From Chthonomonas calidirosea (GTDB lineage Bacteria; Armatimonadota; Fimbriimonadia; Fimbriimonadales; Fimbriimonadaceae), in contig CAMAPH010000010.1 in the NCBI GenBank assembly GCA_945859975.1, positions 1 through 64,000 of the forward strand: a DNA stretch of 64,000 bases, in the 5' to 3' direction. The notes below the pieces were generated by a model that saw only the letters and a list, made by a program, of their open reading frames with translations, ran no database searches and had not been told where the DNA came from. Shown one piece after another: positions 56,982 to 64,000 of the stretch. The number at the start of each line of letters is the position of its first letter. The stretch's first letter is position 1. Both the position numbers and the translations under genes were made by a program.

Positions 56982-59687
56982 TTACGGTTTGGCAGTGGAG
57001 ATGATCCGTTGAATCAGCCGGATTCGGCTGAAATCTCCGACCAGGATGTCACCGTTAGGGAGAACCAAGAGGCTGCCAATGTTCAGGAACTGCGCGGTCT
57101 TGCCGGTGCCGTCCGCCGTTCCGCTAATGCCGGTGCCGGCGACGCTTAAAACGCCGTTACCGAACTTTCGGACGGTACTGTTCCCAGACTCACCAACATA
57201 AAGCACGTTGGAAGAGTCCACACCGAGGGCGGTCGGGTTAGAGAATTTTGCGGAGAGTGGGCTTCCTGCATCGCCATATCCGGTGGTGCTACCGGCAACG
57301 GTAGTTACTTCCCCCGCGGTACTTACGCGGCGTATCCGGTGGTTAAACGAATCTGCAACATACAGGAAACCATCTGGCGCTAGAACAATGGACCTCGGGA
57401 ACGAGAAGCGCGCGTTCGCGCCGGTCCCATCGAAGTTTCCGGGTGTCGGATTTGCAACAGTATTGTTTCCTGCGACGGTGATTACCCGCCAACTGCCCGA
57501 TTGGCGCGGAGTAGCACCGACCAGGGAAAGGCTTCTGACGCGTTGGCCCGAGCCTTCCACAAAAAAGAGTTGAGCGTTACCGACACGGACTAGATTGCCT
57601 GGTTCTGAAAGGCGAGCATCTGTACCGTTTGATCCATCTGTAAATCCGAAATTTCCGGCAAGACCGGCGATGGTCGAAACCGTGTAAGAGGCTCGTTGAG
57701 TAGGATCGCCTGGGTCCAATCCCGTGCCTGGATTCTCGTCAAAATCCTTACGAAGTTCGACTCTACGCACAGTGTGGTTGGACTGCGATACGTAGATGGT
57801 TTCACCGTCTGGTTCGCAAGCGATTCCGGTAGGGAAGAACATTAGAGCTACGTCCCCGGAGCCATCCGTTGCGCCGGCTGTTCCTGGGCGTCCGGCGATG
57901 GTCGAGACCGTGCCGTTTGTTGCGATTCTACGAATCACATGGTTTCCGCCATCCGCAACAAAGATGGTTCCGTCTGTAGCACGAGCCATCTGGCCGATGC
58001 TGTTGAAGGCGGCTGAAACGAGCGGACCATCGGCGAAACCTTGTCCGCTACCGGCGAAGCCACGTACTCGCACATTGGAACTACCACCTGGATTGGTGGG
58101 ACCTGCGTTCGAGACGGCATCCGGGGGGGCAAGTAAGCTGGTTGTTGCTTCAACCTCTACCACGAACGAAAAGGCAGTGATGCCGGCCGGAACGATGAAG
58201 TCCCAGTTTCCGAGGTTAGTCGATGCGCCGGGAGCGAGCGATGACGGCGACGCAACTTCGATAACGGGAGTGCGTTCCACACCATCTGGGATGTAGCTTG
58301 TCGGATTTGCAAGACGGGGCCGCTCAGAGGTGCTCGTAGCGCCGTTAGGAATATCTACCGGGAAATTTGGGCCGGTGGAAATAATACGCCGGATGCGATG
58401 ATTAGCTTGATCGGCCACAAGTAACAAGTTATTGTCGGTAAAGAAAAGACCGGCCGGGGAGTTCAGCCTGACCGAACTGCCATCGCCATCAACAAAGCCA
58501 GCAACTCCGCTACCGGCAACGGTCGCAAACTGCCAGTTGCCAGCCGAAGTTGGGAGAGCTCCTGGGCGAAGTTGACCCTGACGGATACGGTGGTTATCCT
58601 GATCAGCAACGTAGAGCACGCCGTTTTTCAATGCGACATCAGATGGCGAAGCGAACCTGACTCCGGTACCGACACCGTCCACAAAGCCGCTTGTGCCACC
58701 AAGGTTGCCGGAGACACCGCCGGAGATAATTCTGATGGAATTGGCGTTCCGGTTTGCCACTGCGATGACCGAGCCTTCCTTCGCGATTCCGCGAGGGCCA
58801 AGCAGGTCGAACGCGACGGTTGAAACCCCGCCTGGAGAACTGACGCGCCGAAGCGTCGTGGATCCGCTGTCCGTGACCAGCAAACTTAACGAGGTGGGGG
58901 ACTCCGAGTCCACCGCGATTCCATGTGGCTGATTGAACTGCGCAGATAGAAGACTGGCGCTGTCCGTAGTCCCGCTCGCACCGGAACCTGCAAACACGCT
59001 AACCGTAAAGTTGTTCAGCGAGACTCGATGAATGCGCATGGCGCTGGAATCGGTAACGAACAGTGCTTCCGTGCCTTGGAACGTTTTGGTAAAAGCAATT
59101 CCCCGCAATGTGCCCAAACCGGAGGCAATGGTTGAGATAATTCCATTTTGTAGCCTGCGAACGGTGCCGTCTGTCGATGCGATGTAGATGTTGCCATTAC
59201 CGTCCGATGTCACGGCGGTTGGATTTGACAAGTTCGCAGAACCTGCGGGACCATCGGTGGTGCCGACAGTACCGCTCCCAGCAATCGTGGAAATGTTGTG
59301 AAGGGCCCTTAAGTCGGTGGCAGGAGCGGTTACGTTTGTAAAGTTTCGAAAATGAACGGCAAATGGCGCGATCATCGCTTCTTGCCCATTGTTCTTCAGC
59401 GAGACGCTGAGACGTCTCCGCCCAAGGGTGCCTTCATTGACCAGGGTGCTCGAAGCAAAAGAAATCGCTCCACCAGAAAACACAGTGCTACGGGAATGAG
59501 ACAGGGAATCAACCGTAACTTCTCCAGTCAAAACGTTCACGTTGAACTTGGCCGATCCAGAATCAACCGGCGTGCCGGGAGCAATCGGAAGAGCGGACGC
59601 TCCTCCTCCGCCAGAACCGCCGCAACCATTCATGAGTACTGCACTCAATAGAGCGCACGCGGAAGTAGACCGCAAGAACTTTCTCAT
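56982..59687 (-). CDS. NHL-repeat lipoprotein (two propellers)
   Basis: Lipobox MNGC followed by a Gly run; repeated T.AGSG..G..DG....A.F..P.G, VAD..NHRIR. Confidence 0.88.
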   Translation of the reverse strand: MRKFLRSTSACALLSAVLMNGCGGSGGGGASALPIAPGTPVDSGSAKFNVNVLTGEVTVDSLSHSRSTVFSGGAISFASSTLVNEGTLGRRRLSVSLKNNGQEAMIAPFAVHFRNFTNVTAPATDLRALHNISTIAGSGTVGTTDGPAGSANLSNPTAVTSDGNGNIYIASTDGTVRRLQNGIISTIASGLGTLRGIAFTKTFQGTEALFVTDSSAMRIHRVSLNNFTVSVFAGSGASGTTDSASLLSAQFNQPHGIAVDSESPTSLSLLVTDSGSTTLRRVSSPGGVSTVAFDLLGPRGIAKEGSVIAVANRNANSIRIISGGVSGNLGGTSGFVDGVGTGVRFASPSDVALKNGVLYVADQDNHRIRQGQLRPGALPTSAGNWQFATVAGSGVAGFVDGDGSSVRLNSPAGLFFTDNNLLLVADQANHRIRRIISTGPNFPVDIPNGATSTSERPRLANPTSYIPDGVERTPVIEVASPSSLAPGASTNLGNWDFIVPAGITAFSFVVEVEATTSLLAPPDAVSNAGPTNPGGSSNVRVRGFAGSGQGFADGPLVSAAFNSIGQMARATDGTIFVADGGNHVIRRIATNGTVSTIAGRPGTAGATDGSGDVALMFFPTGIACEPDGETIYVSQSNHTVRRVELRKDFDENPGTGLDPGDPTQRASYTVSTIAGLAGNFGFTDGSNGTDARLSEPGNLVRVGNAQLFFVEGSGQRVRSLSLVGATPRQSGSWRVITVAGNNTVANPTPGNFDGTGANARFSFPRSIVLAPDGFLYVADSFNHRIRRVSTAGEVTTVAGSTTGYGDAGSPLSAKFSNPTALGVDSSNVLYVGESGNSTVRKFGNGVLSVAGTGISGTADGTGKTAQFLNIGSLLVLPNGDILVGDFSRIRLIQRIISTAKP

Positions 59688-59974
59688 GACCGAATTATAG
59701 CAATCGGATCAGATATTGGGGCCAATTTCAGAGCATTGGCGCAACCTTTCCAATACATATTTCCACGGTACAAGAAAAGTTGTGCTGAGAAGAAATGGAT
59801 CGCGAAAGCGCTTTGGAGAGCCATTTAAACTTATGAGATCTCGGAAAGCACAAGGCTTACAAACATCCAGCTTTCGCGAAATTGCGGTGGCCCGAGATGC
59901 GAAACGCTGGCAACGGCCAGGTCTTTGTCGACAAAAAACCGGAAAACCCCAACCGGAACCACTTGAAGAATTGA

Positions 59975-60114
59975 ACCGAGCTAAGCGCCAATCTCGCAAG
60001 AGAACACTATCTAACTCCTTACGCCCCAAACCAACGTCGCTGAGAGGCTTAACTGCTGCCAAAAATCCGACCCTGTGGGATGGGAACAGGTGTTTCCCGC
60101 TCGCGGATCGAGCC
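59975..60114 (-). pseudogene. Degenerate 5S rRNA copy C
   Basis: Retains cgctgagaggcttaactgctg and gggatgggaacaggtgtttcc; many substitutions and two insertions. Confidence 0.7.
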
Positions 60115-60187
60115 TAATCAAACCCGAATCACCAAGACGCGGACACAAAAATAACCCAACCGAAGTTGGGGCCTTTTGATAATTTAA

Positions 60188-60310
60188 CTGGGCGACGCGC
60201 TTATCTGGCAAGAGACTACTCTCTAACTACTTCCGCCGCTGAGAAGCTTAACTGCTGCCAAAAATTCGACCCTGTGGGATGGGAACAGGTGATTCCTGAA
60301 CGCGGATCGA
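60188..60310 (-). pseudogene. Degenerate 5S rRNA copy B
   Basis: 60190-60257 identical to 5S 60392-60459; insertion in loop C; 5' helix I strand lost. Confidence 0.8.
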
Positions 60311-60347
60311 ACCGCCGAGCCGAGCCAGAATACAACGACCCAGGCAC

Positions 60348-60374
60348 AAAAAAAACCCCAACCGAAGTTGGGGT
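60348..60374 (-). terminator. rRNA operon intrinsic terminator (second copy at 60147-60173)
   Basis: ACCCCAAC-TTCG-GTTGGGGT followed by a T-run on the minus strand. Confidence 0.85.
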
Positions 60375-60389
60375 CTTTAATAATTTTAA

Positions 60390-60506
60390 CCGGGCGACGC
60401 GCTTATCTGGCAAGAGACTACTCTCTAACTACTTCCGCCGCTGAGAAGCTTAACTGCTGTGTTCGGGATGGGAACAGGTGTTTCCTTCTCGCTATGATCA
60501 CCCGGA
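60390..60506 (-). rRNA. rrf: 5S ribosomal RNA
   Basis: CCGGGTGA...CACCTGTTCCCATCCCGAACACAGCAGTTAAGC...TCGCCCGG with complementary ends. Confidence 0.95.
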
Positions 60507-60584
60507 AACCGTCTAGCGCTAAAAGCGCTTAGACAGTTGCACATGATCTTTCCGTTGCGTCATTTGATCACTCGTAAGGCTTGG

Positions 60585-63513
<2,929 letters not shown>

Positions 63514-63525
63514 AGACTACAAATT

Positions 63526-63582
63526 CTCACGAGTGCTCAAATGATGCTTTCGGAAAGATCGCTATGCAACTGTCAAAGGGCT
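63526..63582 (-). promoter_or_regulatory. boxA-like element and 5' arm of the 23S processing stalk
   Basis: Minus strand GCCCTTTGACAG; 63526-63574 is an imperfect inverted repeat of spacer 60532-60578. Confidence 0.7.
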
Positions 63583-63630
63583 CTTTTCGCCTCAACCGCT
63601 TTGTCTTTCGACTCGTCGCTTGAGTTGGTT

Positions 63631-63659
63631 ATGATACCGAAACCAGTTCCTGATGTCAA
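63631..63659 (-). promoter_or_regulatory. sigma70 promoter for a stand-alone 23S-5S unit
   Basis: TTGACA-N17-TATCAT about 120 nt upstream of the 23S 5' end. Confidence 0.85.
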
Positions 63660-64000
63660 GCGTTCGTTAAAAATTTCTCGAAAAAGTCCAAAACAGCCCC
63701 AAAACAGGGCTAAAACCCCCAAAAACACCCCCTGTAGAGCCTCTTCAGCCTATTTCGAGCCTCCAAAAAGAATTCCAACTCTCTTTGGGAATTTCTCAAA
63801 AAGGCTCGCCAACCTCCGCCATCACCCAGCTCAGCCCTCCGTTCCACCGAAGAATGTGTGCAGAACCTCTTTCCCCCTGACAAAGGAGGATCGTAATCAG
63901 GAGAAAACGACATGGCCGGCGGTCACCGCGGCGCAAAGAATAGATGCGCGCCACGGGCAAACCGGCCCAAACACTCTCAATGCATCGCGCGATCGCCGAG

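Noticed and set aside
59760..59930. A fourth 5S-derived unit (gctgagaag at about 59784)
   Set aside because: Only a 9-mer match and out of register with the ~200-bp period
63710..63913. 67-aa ORF upstream of the rRNA promoter
   Set aside because: Overlaps the A-tract region and has no recognisable motif or start signal

Overview
Bacterial chromosomal window, mostly moderately GC-rich. The gene style (GCGGGG lipoproteins, prepilin-type protein, Thr/Gly-rich Rhs protein) suggests Armatimonadota/Fimbriimonadia, but this is inference only. Housekeeping genes: partial murA, hrcA, ilvE, dnaN, cysE-cysK, purF, carA, an N-terminal-half-only carB, rpmB, pdhAB, plus many secreted hydrolases. Accessory content: a polysaccharide-modification cluster at the left end and a tRNA-Arg(GCG)-flanked conflict islet at ~26-35 kb (Mrr, PIN protein, Rhs toxin with immunity gene, orphan Xre antitoxin). 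The right end holds a 23S-5S unit with its own sigma70 promoter and no linked 16S, followed by two decaying 5S+terminator copies. Most notable: (1) an ECF sigma/small soluble anti-sigma pair directly upstream of dnaN, whose anti-sigma ends in a clamp-binding-like motif QYQLPM; (2) the tandem 5S-derived array; (3) TAnnnT exactly 6 nt before at least 14 start codons (leaderless architecture); (4) split CarB, an ApgM pseudoenzyme and the GCG-anticodon tRNA-Arg. All family assignments come from visual motif recognition; no searches were run.
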